A stretch of DNA of 64,000 bases. Origin: Amphiscolops sp. MND2022. Taxonomy: Eukaryota. Position 1 is the first letter of the stretch, and the number at the start of each line of letters is the position of its first letter. The position numbers were made by a program, and so were the translations under genes. Shown piece by piece: positions 48,801-59,324 of this stretch. The stretch covers positions 33,544,001 through 33,608,000 of the forward strand of contig OZ076409.1 of the NCBI GenBank assembly GCA_964187785.1, in the 5' to 3' direction. The notes beneath the pieces are model-generated. The model searched no databases, was not told the origin of the DNA, and saw only the letters and a program-made list of their open reading frames with translations.

Positions 48801-49225
48801 CAGCAACCCCATTTATTCCTGACGCTCAGCGATATACCGATCTGAGAAAAGTATTCAGACTATCACAAGCATACACAGACATGATTTGGAGCAGATGGAA
48901 TAGAGAATATTTACCACAATGGAATGAGAGATCTAAATGGAATAATGAAGAAGTTAGACAACTGGAAGTCAATGATTTGGTTTGGATAGTGGATGAGAAT
49001 GTAAAAAGAGCACACTACAAGATGGGTAGAATGTTGGAAGTCTACCATGGAAGCGATGGGCGAGTGAGATCAGCGCTGGTGAAAACAGAAGATGGAAAAC
49101 TCAAAAAACCAGTAGTGAAACTGGCACCCATGTTCTACGAAAGTGTTTTTCGGGAGAAAAACAGGGCCGGCAATGTTGGCGCCAGTCAATTGCGAGATCA
49201 GAAACTCAAACTCGAACGTGACTGA
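42824..49225 (+). CDS. BEL/Pao gag-pol polyprotein, 2133 aa, uninterrupted
   Basis: LPKLKLAEFSGDPLEW (Pao gag), triple Zn knuckle, LCDSGA protease, FYMDD RT, FADAS/PRLEL/WTDS/NPAD RNase H, GVDYFGP/SDNGTNF/VWERMV integrase. Confidence 0.97.
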   Translation: MAQPKRFDINKVENFLKNSADAAQIVSHWNAACEHGKTIRAIDENLARNDDNKQIAELLLRRIDVINRRERLFKAIQNAIKIKYQPQIPEMFSTVIQAMKSRFVELQRQDSNTGRVIILMSALQDENQILNYLDLEEKKRAIDERIAHNEKLRDERIENGEDAEEDYAAACQELLHERSDLKLKIEALLKSRETGAILRSLEDAEQRLADVRASVAADKSSKNGTSPQKEPQPDDEQNEHDGHNADDSQEPRNGARSLPIEELSIHSRSERAKSNKTSVISKTSSARRVMHLELKALKEHEELQKRLEKLEREAKQLEREAKEKEIADLQEEVARRARIAEKEIEMAKVPSSCGSSFRSISPVETPDDNLTKVSDWMDKTEEAENVASPINVPSVYQQTSVSAPVTTGQLMQGGQRSSQVRDLKSSLKPVMSTETALRDIGKDRTKTVIDVGSQRATAKPEVKFASSKPSMTLSADQNRLPPKFGGIPSGAFQVPQLANTPKPYLPRQGHNIVSNARDDYFIRSSLPKLKLAEFSGDPLEWPEWSQLFQATVHAANMDDSVKMNHLKTMVTGKAKEAIAGLGYTAEMYNVAWNVLVRNFGKPQMVVNAQLKRIYSFPPMKPYDGAALIKFARIVSSCVNVLTQFNYVGDLNSEGVLGSATRKLTLDMKTKWLTHVRQMNLYQPGLAVFSEWLNDIADVQDELLLSSNPNADRAKSSYKEKAKGSTFATSTTNTASDNSKYQRECALKDGKHPIWKCEKFKKMNVEERGQKAKELKLCFKCLSDAHQMRNCSGRLCDVNGCGKPHHRLLHRPYKNVEQKKNVENVEEVSNLSPMRSSGVLPVIPVSIESGSKNVKTFALCDSGASLSFVDESLMKALNLTGQPVDLNVAGIHGTSDISSKRLRVKIGDKDGKVKEDIMAYSHPNVNAGNRTYNIKKLKEAYPHLSVLRDSTINLGEVKVILGQDCYHLHRAIDYRKCGNAKPWAVRTKLGWMLSGPLPQQETAKLATESLVAAEVDPLADQVKSWWSMESFASNCSVSGRSKEDERALEMLKATTKFDGKRYEVGLLWKNAKPHLPNNYSSAVSQLKSLERRLEKDANLKQRYIETIDVDVQEGFVRILDEAELENTKSDLQWYVPHLPVLNPNKPDKVRRVCNAASKFGGVSLNDNLMAGPDLLQSLIGIIFRFREKEIALTADVEAMFLQVKVPPTDCKVLRFLWRENHTEPISVYEYGRHIFGAKSSPTCVNYALQQVGRDTRDGNGMVANLINRNFYMDDFVKSVASEEEAAEVYKCLRKSLADGGFQLTKWICNSEKVMEEISPDDRSVALSKTFEAEPLAPSILGLQWNVESDSLEICRGTGKEVPAKITQRIVLSHVYSVFDPLGLFPPFTVRMRLLLKGIWKTHGQSWDEELSPEDGIAFKDWASELNHMNEMAIRRKYLSKNAEVVDLHSFADASLEATCIVAYFRDQQTGELAYVVGKCRVAPMKQQSIPRLELQAAMYGTRLKQLIVNEHDIQIERTFFWTDSTTVLQWLHGADKKQPVFVANRVAEILDSSTIDQWRYVEGILNPADIGTRGKSVHELEKSEWFTGPAWLREKEDAWPQTSPQLFQQKTEDIEQVFEVVPEEKNIDWEKFGSFRRMTRIFAYCLRFKSKIKGKVVITEEMQQVIRLLLRKSQMESFGPTYQALAAGKPMAASDHLNKLSPFMEDQNLMRLKGRLRHADVSYEMKHPILLSAKHPIVRKLIEDAHERNYHEGTEYVRSILQQNYWIIGLRNALRNVKLKCVKCRKQQVGGVQPFMADLPKERLEERVFPFANTGVDYFGPFEVRFMRKSMKRWCCLFTCWTTRAVHVEVVPNLEDDACLAAITRFIARRGKPNIILSDNGTNFVGAAREMREWIEAWNQSDIEQSLAQKQIKWKFNPPGAPHFGGVWERMVRSCKNAMMAIVGNRTLTDDVLFTTMCLVEQILNSRPLTSVSDDPEDLEALTPNHFLLGRASPATPFIPDAQRYTDLRKVFRLSQAYTDMIWSRWNREYLPQWNERSKWNNEEVRQLEVNDLVWIVDENVKRAHYKMGRMLEVYHGSDGRVRSALVKTEDGKLKKPVVKLAPMFYESVFREKNRAGNVGASQLRDQKLKLERD

Positions 49226-50126
49226 TGAAACTTATAACTCAAAACACTTAGAAACTTTATCAAGATTTAAGTTGGAAAAATACAAGTCTTAGCAAAAATG
49301 ACCCTATGTAAAAAAGGGCCACCCCCCGTCCCGGTAAACCACTCATTCAATCACCTTGAAACTTGGCACACGTATAGTAGTGGTGCTACGCTAACTTTTC
49401 ACTCGAAACACCGAACCCCGTATCTTCTCTGGGTTCCGAGCAATTAACACCCAAAGTGACCTAGGTCGGACCCCATGAATTACCCAATTTTGATGTATTA
49501 ATTATTATGTTATTTTCTCATATGACCTTGAAGGAAATGTAACTCTGTTGAAATTAATGATATTTACATTGTGTAAACATACCTTTTACCCCACCTGACC
49601 AACATGCCAAAACCACCACATCGTTTGTTTACTTAGCCAATAACTTCATTTTATGCTTTAAATGTCATTTATTTATACAACATATTTCAACTGACATTTG
49701 CTTTATTTACTGTAGAATTGTAAACGATATGTATACCATTATTAGATAGAGATTTTCTCCACTGAATAGCTATAGTCAAGTTGGGTCTCAGGACCGCGAG
49801 ACTAATAAATCAACTTCTCAATCTTCACAACTTTTCGCTAGAGTTAGAGCGACTAAGTAGCTACTCTCATAGTTGGAGAGCCGGAGCGCGTGAAGATACG
49901 GTGAGGGAAGTGTGTACGGATCACATCGGATCCAATTCAGTACAAAGAGGAATCGCAGGAGATTCCACGGGTCACATCGGACCCATCAAGCCAAAAGATA
50001 CAGTCCTTTAAAACAAGAAACCAGGAATTGTTTAGTGACGGTCCACAGCACTAAGCAACGGATCAGGGCGGCGTAAAGCTTGTCAAGCCTCAGCGCAGGA
50101 TAAGGGCAAGCAGCCGTTACACAGTG

Positions 50127-53100
50127 AAATACGTCAAACCGGTTTATCTGGTATCGACCTGGCATCTCTAACAAAACGACCAAGAGCAGGCAGCTCATTA
50201 TGTTAGTTGTCTCATCAAGACCAATAAAAAACCTCAAAACTCGGAAAATTATTGGTTCCCAACTCCGGAAAACCCAGGAAACCCAGATGAACGTACGCCA
50301 ATCCAGAAAAGGATGTTACGGGAACTACAGGCCCTACAGGACCTAAAGACCCTTGATCCTACTACGGCTGAGGAGTCTAGAGCAAAGTACCTAAAAAATT
50401 TTGATCGGAAAGATTCCACTCTAGCTACCGATGAAAAAGGAAAAATTGAAGAATTCTTAGTGACATTTCATGACATCTTTGCGGGACATAGATTCGACAT
50501 AGGCTTGAACGAGGAATTCAAGGTGAAACGGACCCCTAAGGACGAGTCCCCAGCCTACAGCCAGAGCCTCCCAGCACCAATAAACTTGAAGCAGGACATT
50601 TCAGTTGAGTCAGCCATTTTGCACAAATATAGAATCATTTCTACTTTAACATTTTCAAAGTATGCTAGTCCAATATCTGCCCAGAAGAAGCCAAATAGAA
50701 AACTCCGACTCTTGGTTCACGTGACAAACATCAACAACCTAACCTCGGATGAATTTATAAACAATAATCACCCTCTCAGTACTCTAGTCGATGCTGCCCA
50801 GCATATGGCAGGCGAAAAGTTTTCTTGCAAACTAGACTGTTCGCAGGCGTCTCATTGCCTCCAGATGGCTGACCAACGATCAATTGAAATTTTGCCTTTC
50901 GATTTCGCCAGCCGCACATTTGCATACAGACGCTTGGCACAAGGCCTTAGTCGCGCGCTGTCCGCATTTTTGAGCTTTATGAGGGAATACCTTGATTAGG
51001 TTATCAAAGTGGATCAGTGTGCCCAGTATGTGGACGATATCAGCATCGCAGCCAACGATGCTGATCACCTCATTGCCAAACTGAGAGCGGCTTTCAAATG
51101 CAGGCATTGAATTTACGATGCACAAATGTTATTTCGGTGCAACAGAAAGTGATATCTTTGGACGAACAATTACCCCACAAGGCAATAAACCCCAGAAACA
51201 GAACGCACAGAACTTCCTTGAACAAACCAAAGATTGTTCCGAGATTGTCTGAACGCCTTGCTCCGTTTTACAAGATACTTAAAAGTGACAAAAAAGTCCT
51301 CGTATCGAAAGAATTGGTTCCACAATTTGAGGAAAAAAACAGAGCACTCGACAAATGTTGCGACTTGGCCCTACAGCAACCAATTTCAAACAAAGAAATT
51401 GCACTAATGACTTTGGTGCTGCTGGATATGCAGTCCTAATCGAAGATGATCCCAATCAGAAATTCACATCAATACGCAAATCATATGTACCGGTCGCTTA
51501 CGAATCAAATGATTTCACCCCAGCCGAGATAAAGATGTCCATCCACGCAAAAGAATTTCGTGCGATTTATTTTGCTTTCAGAGAATTCGGGCATATTTTC
51601 GAACCGGTCATTATCCTAACCGACAACAAAGCCGTAACCAGATTTTTCCAAATGAAAATTGTACCTCCAGCCCTGTGCAATGCTTGTGTTTACGTCATAC
51701 AATTCAATTTTGTCATAGCCCACATTCCAGGAACACAGAACACGGCAGCAGAATTATTGTCCCATCTGGAAGCTGACCCGAAGGACAAACTAGTCATGAA
51801 AATCAGAGAGGACGTTCAGACGGTCCCAATTGAAATAAATGTCCAATCGGCAGGAGTCTCACAGGAAGAACAAACCGTCTATACGATTGATGACGATTAG
51901 ACAGAAGAGCAATTTTGGGCAAGCAAAGAAGCAATCAGGGAGAATCCCGCCACAGAAAAACCTGCCGTAACAATACAAAGACTGTCCACAAATTTGGTCA
52001 AACATCAACCTGAAATCCAAGCCCGACTACGGAAGACGAACCAGATGAATATTGAGCAATCCAAAGATGCAGTATTACAGCAATTGAAGGCAAAACTCCT
52101 TCATGAAGACTTTTCAGAAAACGTACAGCAACAGGATGATCGATACAGACATCATGCAAACATCTTAGAACGTCTTCTAGTCACGACAGATATCCTGACC
52201 AGTCAATACGTCGACGAAACATGGAATGTGAAAAATCATCAGATCCTTCTCCCGCAACATTTACTACAAGAATTGTTTCAGTCCCTTCACGGGACAGCTC
52301 ACAAGCACCCTGGCATACCAAAGATGTTACAAGAGATCAGGCAGATGTATTACTACCCTAGCATTTCGAAATACGTTAAAAAGTAGGTAGAAGGGTACGA
52401 ACATTGTGCAAAGGACAAACAAATGCAACAATCACGTCTGAACTACTTAACCTGCCGGAATGGGACCTTGGACCCGCAGACGCTATGCAAATCGATCTAT
52501 TGCCGAATCTTCCCCCAAGTGGAGGATTTGAAATTGTTCTAACTGCAATCGATCTCTTCTCTCGATATTTGTTCGCTTATCCACTTTCGGACGCATCAGC
52601 AAACAATGTAGTAAAAGTGCTCATTGACATTATCACTAAACATGCGTATCTACCAACAACGCATATTTCCAACAAAGGGACTGCATTCATTTCCACGATT
52701 ATTGCGGAGATCACGCAGATTTTAGGAATCATACTCAAATGTGCAGCGACAAAGCACTCGCAAACGATCGGGAAATGAAAAGAGCGGACACATGCTTCAC
52801 TCAAGACGAATCTCAAAATGGCATGTCGGGAATATCGCTGTCAATGGCATAAATATTTGCCATTAGCAGTTCTAAATCACAATACGAGCCATCACTTGAG
52901 TATTGGTTGTGAACCAACAAGAGTATTCCATGGAAGAATTCCATATAATATCTTGGATCACAAGCTTGGAAATAATCCAAACGAGCAGATGAATCCTTCG
53001 ACCGAATTTGCGGGAGAAATCCAAACTGGACAAAAATCCTAATTAACAAAACAAAGCAGAGTATAATGCAGTCTTATATCGATACAAGGAACACTACGAT

Positions 53101-53871
53101 CACAGAGCGAAAGCTGCTCCACTCAAGGAAAGCGATAACTGTTTTGTATTGCAGCTAAATGCGGTCATCAAGAATCAAAAATTCCATTGAGAGATTACCG
53201 TTGAGTTGGACCATTTATAGTCCAAAAGGTACTACGTAATCAGAACTACATTGTATGTCGGCTCAATACAAATAAAACTCCAATATTGCATCGAATTCGC
53301 CTTAAATGATTGTCATTCCGCAAGACGACTCGAATACAATAACGTGGGGAATAAACTTTGGTGACCAGCTAGCTACATGAGGCAACGAGCCTACGCCGCC
53401 TAGCTTGCCGAACGGCGACAGGACAGTTACGTCAGATACGAATTTAAAGTACACACGCGAGAATAAAGCGGAGAACATAATCACCACTGATAGTCCGAAT
53501 GACGTCAACGACGCGGCGGAAAGACGAAAATGAAGAATGAAAAATGACGTCAGCAACTGAAATGAAGCTAATAAAGCAAATAAAGCAAAAAAAATGAAAA
53601 CTCTGATTGGCCGGATTCGGCCGCTGACCACAAAAATTACGAACAATATTCGCCGGGTCTGTCCGAAAGACAAGAAAATGATGCCAATTGTTTGGAAGAA
53701 AATTCCTAACATGAAGACGACGCACAACGTTCTCCAAAAAGGGGGGATGATATTATCGTGCCCGAAATATCTCAAAGCGATGAAAGAAATGAAAATCTGT
53801 GTCCTAGAGGTGGGAGATATAATCTCAGGCCTAATCCTAACCCAAACTACTCAAAAGACATTAGATACTGA
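50127..53871 (+). pseudogene. RT, RNase H and integrase of element B (3' part)
   Basis: KLDCSQA, QYVDD, TDNKA, H..AHKHPG, MQIDLLP; C-terminal LRPNPNPNY*; many stops and frameshifts. Confidence 0.9.
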
Positions 53872-54157
53872 AAACGATTGATTTCTGTCCAGAAATGAGC
53901 GTTATCTTTTCTTTTTCTATTCCCCATCCTTTTTCTTTCCTTTTCGGTTCAGTCCCTTGGGAGATAAATGTTGAATAATAGAGGGACATAACGCCAAAAT
54001 CCCTTCCAAGTAAAATGCAGGGATTGAGGAATCAGCAACAAAATGAAGATTACCCAATAAATACAAGCAACAAAATTAACAAAAAGTGAATGAATACGGA
54101 TCAAAACAGAGAACTAACAAGTTTACAAACTGTGTACACCTAAATACATATGTACAC

Positions 54158-57100
54158 TTAGTCTTTAGAAGAACATGGCTGAGCGGATCCAACAGTAGGA
54201 TCAGCGACGGATGAAGTACACGACCGGGATGCTTTCCGTTCCATCTTTTTCCGCTTGCTGCTACTAGGGGCCGATGGCGTTTTCATCGGCAACGGATCCC
54301 GAATCTCCTGTCTCAATGCAGACTAGCGCCTTCTTCGGAGTAGGGACAGCAACTCGGTATGAAGCTAGCAGAGATTCATAAATCTTGGAGCGGCCAAAAG
54401 TGTCAAAATAATTCCAGGGGCATAGTCTGCGGAAAAAGCGGATCGCCGAAAGGAGGCCGAAAGAAAAGAAAATCTGTTCAAATAGTCGTCATCGCTGCAA
54501 AAGACTACAGAATCCCGTACATTGGCAAAAGAAATCTGGCAAGGGAGTATGACGTCGGTAAATCGGACTCGGCGTCCCGTAGTAGTGACGTTCTCTAAAG
54601 TAACGTCGGGAAAAACTGGACTAACTGTAATGGAGCACAAACAGCACAAATTTAAAGCGTAGAGCAAATCTGCACGATCCTCCAGGAATTCGAGCCCAAC
54701 TAAGAACTCGATCAAGTCTCCGCAGATGCTGGTTACATCGAAATTGGGCCCATACGCAGTTCGTAAATGATTCAGCAACTGCATGTACCGATCCCGGCAC
54801 AAGGTCTCATTGGCGCTGGAGACACACGAGCGAAGAGCAAAGGTCCTGAGTACCATGTCAAAATGCCGTAACGCCACATCCGTCGGTCTCTTGAGCATTA
54901 TGAAAGAGTCAAAAGCAGCTAACCCCCCCATCACTATATTTGTAGATAATCCAGTTCGCTGCAAGACTTCATTGATCAAGAATTGGATATAAAGCTGACT
55001 GTCATTGATGAAGTCTGTCTTTACAGTCTCAGTGGTAGCTTGCATCGCGGATCGTTCAGACGTCTTGCCGAAATGCATCCCTTGGGCTCGTGCCTTGCTA
55101 GCTGCTGCCACTTTGCTTGTCAATTTTAGCCGGACCAAGTATTCGTCCCCGGGCAAGAAGGTACCATCGCTGGTTTGGAAACGAAGAAGCAAAAACCAGG
55201 CATTCTCCAGGGCAGTGTCGGGGGTATAGACGTGAGAGCACAGCTGGCTTATGAACCTACTGACCTCAACGCAGAGGTAAAAGCAGGAATATTTTGTAGA
55301 TTCACAACGAAGCTGCTCACATCTAGAAAAAGAACCATGTCCGAATGAGGACAATGACAAAACGTCCATACTTTATCCGAACAAACTTACAGTCACGGAC
55401 AAGTCTGCTGAAGATTTCCAGCTTAACGACAAAAAACTCGTCGCAAATCAAGGACCACTCGAAGTTCTGTACCTGAAACAGGGATCCCATTAACTATTTG
55501 GTACAACTGTTATGCAGACAAGTAGGGTTGAAACCTAAAGTCGGATTTCTTTGACTGAACTAATGTGCGTGGACTAGATGAAAACTAACTCTGCATCGAG
55601 ATCCTTGACCTTCTCGTAGTGGAGCATGGGCTGTCAGGAATCGCAACATACACTTCCACTCATTGATGAGTTCCCAGCAGAGAGTGGAGAGAGTTGGGAC
55701 GTCGAGTTTGCAGGTAGTGACGGCCAATAAAACCCTGAGTATGAACCTAGTATATTAAAACTTGTTATGTCCCTTCACCCCCCTACCATTGCATTTTCAT
55801 GGGAAAAATCTATATCAACGACGCTCACCTTAGTGAGTTCAGGACGTATTATCCAGTCTGCGGCGCCCAAAGAGACCATCAAGGCTTGAAGTACGGAAAA
55901 AAATCTTGCCAAAGACGCTGTAACTTGATTCGTGCATTAGCCTCGCGAGCGGCAGGTGCTCAAATTGGAAGCAACTCTGAACTCTTTGGGAAAAGTATTC
56001 AGACTGGTCAATGGTCTTAGCAAAATCAACTTGGCACCCAGAGCAGGCTACTACATCGGGCCTCGTAGAGACTGCGGACAGGAACCGGGACAACGACCCA
56101 AGTTTCCCGGTCACATCTGTTGCTCGGAATGAGCTGCGGCAAATGAAGACTCTACAGAGCCCAGAATTCTTCCAAACTTTCACGGACATGTAATGATTGA
56201 CCCCTGCTGCTTCGAATTCAACTGCAACGAATTGTTGGGTAGCCACTTGTTCTGCGATGTCACTCAAAGCGCAGACGAAGAAATGTTGGAATATTGCCTG
56301 AAAAGAAACGGAATTCCTCAGTTTCTATTGGGACCAAAGAGGCAAGTTCTCTGGAAATTATACTTACTGTCATACGTTCTTCCCCCAGTCGGATTCTGTG
56401 ACAATAGCTTGATGGTTAGTGGAAGAACCCATTCGCGACCACAAGTTCATCAAGACCATCAGATCACTTTGAGTCTTCACGAAATCACCCACGAGACAAA
56501 GCTGGGTTTTGGATATAAATTCCGACGTCACCAGAGCGGTTCTGGAACCCTTGATTTAATCCTCGTAGAAAGATAATCTTTCCCCGATGTCCACTAGTTC
56601 CACAATGATGAAGCGGGGCATTTTGCAGTTCCTTTGCTAGTTCCATTTTGGTCGGGACTTTACCATTGCCACCGCGAAAACGGTGTTGCACCTTACCACT
56701 TACGGGGTCAATGCTCTTCAGATGTTCATATCGCCTCATGATCTCGGCGTAAGTGGCGCTCAGTCCGGTGATGCCTGAGGATCTCGCACGGGCCTTTTGA
56801 TTTAATCGAAAAGTTTTTCTTACATACATGGCACCAGACCATATAGGGGTTGTGGACTGGATCTGCGGGTCCAGAGATGAAGGACCTAGTCCACCCGATC
56901 TTCGAGAAAAATTCTTCTTGCAAGGGAATGCCTCGTCTGGTGAGCCTCTTATTCCCCTTTGGTCTTTTGGCCCTGGAAAAAGTTTCTGTGGAGTCTTGCG
57001 CTTGCTCTCTTATTGCGAGCAGAGTAGCGTCCTGGCTGCTGCACTCTGACGAATCAGGCTCAGCGGCCGAATCAGGCTCTCTCCATAGTATGACGATTCC

Positions 57101-58277
57101 CCTGTACCATCAGATGGTTGTTCATGCGGACCTGCTGTTGTTGAAGGATCATCGCCGCCTGACTCATTTGCTTTTGAGTCACTTGGAGCCCTTCGCATTG
57201 TTGTCTGGCAACGACCTTTGATTTGGAAACGGGCAGTTCGGGAAGGGCAGCAGTGAGGGACCCTCGGACAACATCAATAACCATGCGCTGCATGGTGGAA
57301 AACGACCTGCTGAATGTCTCATCTGGTAAGACACGAAGACGATGATATACCTGTGGTTCAGTGAAGGCGATCGTGGAGTGCCACACAGAAAGGCGGATTG
57401 GGGAGGCCTCTTCAAAGTATTCTTTCAGAATTGCTCTACTACGGCCGGAGAGGTCTGGAAGTTCGTCTCATACTGGCCGAGATTTGAAAGCGGAGCATTT
57501 GCTGGGCCCGGGAGTTTGTTCATCAGAATTTGTTTCATCTCCGACCTCAGTCCCGGATTCAATAGCAAAAGGATGGAAGCCATACAAGGCAATCCGATTG
57601 ATCTGACTAGTCTCCTCCATATTCTTTTCTTCCTCACTCTGGCCAGCTAAGAACTGTATTCTGGGGCCGCCTCCGGGCAAGGCTGGCACGTCAAAAACAG
57701 ATGAAACATTATCGTCATCAATCCTTGAAGGGGCAGTACTGACATTGGTTTGTCCTGGATTGGTTCTGTCCGGTAATTGAGACTCTGACGTAATAATGAC
57801 CCTGAGAGCAGACTCCAAGGCTGACAAATTGGTGTCAGGATTTCCTTCCTCCTCAGATAAGACAGGGGTACTTGAGCTTAGCTCCCCAGGAGTAAGCGCT
57901 GTCAGGACTGCGAGACTTGAATCCAAAAGTTCACTTGGGACCGGGGTTGTGCATGAATTTTCTTTATATCGCGAGGTAGACGATTGCATCTGCTCTATTC
58001 AGAGAACTACCGATTCTGTGTAAGTAGTGACATCAACGTCACTATCCTGGCTGTGAGAAGGACTGTCATGCTCGACCAATCACTGAGGTCGTAAAATTTG
58101 ATTGCTGATTTCCTCTGGTGGAAGACCTTCGGACTCAGCGACTGGGTTGTCAGAGGAAGCTGGTTTGCTGGCTTGGGATATGGTTGGTGGAGTCGTATTC
58201 TCCTTCGGCTCCACGAACTCTCTATCTAAACGAAAGAGAATAAAATTTAGCGGTGTGCTTCCTTGATATAAATCCAT
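54158..58277 (-). pseudogene. Antisense, intron-containing passenger gene of element B: low-complexity N-terminus, BED-type Zn finger, hAT-transposase-like body, basic C-terminal tail
   Basis: Collinear minus-strand ORFs (57468-57989, 56726-56923, 55839-56267, 54365-55369); WCHVCKKNFSIKSKGPCEILRHHRTERH; introns 56298-56367 and 55323-55390 (GTAAGT...TTTYAG); stop at 54158-54160. Confidence 0.78.
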
Positions 58278-59324
58278 TTACCGCGATCAGAAATCTTCCG
58301 GAAGTGTCTCCCAAACTCAAATGAAACGTGTTATCACGTGTCCAATGATGGAAACAGTAAGCGTCGAATGAGCAAATTCAATCCTGATCAAGTTGAACTA
58401 GTTCAAAAAGAAAAAAATGAAAATCCAAACAAACCAACCTGAGTCAGAAAACAAGCTGCTGGAGATATAGTCAATTGAATGACAATCCGAATAGGGACAA
58501 CTGCTAATGGGAAATTGGCCGGGTTCGGCTGCTAAGGGAAAGATGCTCCGGAATACTTCAAGGATGAAGTGAGCGACGAATATGAAGACGGATGTGGACA
58601 GATGTAGTAAACAAGAATACAAGTGTAAAGAGTTCGAATAATAATGGAATTAGAAATTAATCAAATTCAAAAGTTGAAGTTCGTGGCTGAGGAAATTACC
58701 AGACTAGTAGTTTATGTTTATTTACATATTTATAACTTTGCATGGAGTCTGCCAGCAAAATGTACAGGAGATTCTTCGTTATTTACAGCTTGATTAGTTA
58801 GTAGCCGATTATGGCCGTTTACCATGTTTAGTTTTGCCGTTTTGTTCTGTTACCCTTATTTATCTTAGTTAGAATTTTCGCCATATTTGGATACTTAGAA
58901 TTATTACTTCACGCCATTATATTATTCATTTTTCAGTTTTATTGAAGGTTAATTCTGAGTGACTGAAGCCATCTTGAAGGAAGTTGTTCGACTCGTGCCG
59001 TTAATTACACTCAAGCTCACTGTTATTTACCCACTTAACTCAAGTTATTTGTTGATGAGAACTTAGAGACTCTTAACACCTCTTCTGATGATGGTAGCGA
59101 GAGGGGGCAAACACCGCGAAGTCAGAGGATGCCGACTCTCAGAAAACTTCCATTCAGAATGTTTACGACGGATCAGGACGTTTAACCGAAAGTTCTACCG
59201 CCAAATTGAAACTCCGGAAAAATCCTGACTTGGCCTGAAACAGAATTCTATTAAATTTATTCTGATTTGAATCTCGCTAGTAATAAGTCGCCTCTCGAAC
59301 TTCAAACTAGCTAGGAAAATAATA

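Larger units (their letters stand above)
41443..50121 (+). mobile_element. BEL/Pao LTR retrotransposon, intact and young, nested in pol of element B
   Basis: LTRs 41443-42392 and 49174-50121 with about 9 differences by eye; perfect TSD CAGTG (41438-41442, 50122-50126); PBS TGGTCCGCCGACCCGG at 42395 (tRNA-Tyr-like); purine-rich tract before 49174. Confidence 0.97.

Noticed and set aside
53736..53760. AAAAAGGGGGGA-TG as PPT and start of a 3' LTR
   Set aside because: The downstream sequence has no matching repeat and lies in the integrase tail; the true 3' LTR starts at 59710. It may still be an internal PPT.
54158..58277. Independent hAT transposon nested in B
   Set aside because: No TIRs or 8-bp TSD were seen, and the same gene, orientation, position, upstream motif and intron occur in divergent element A.
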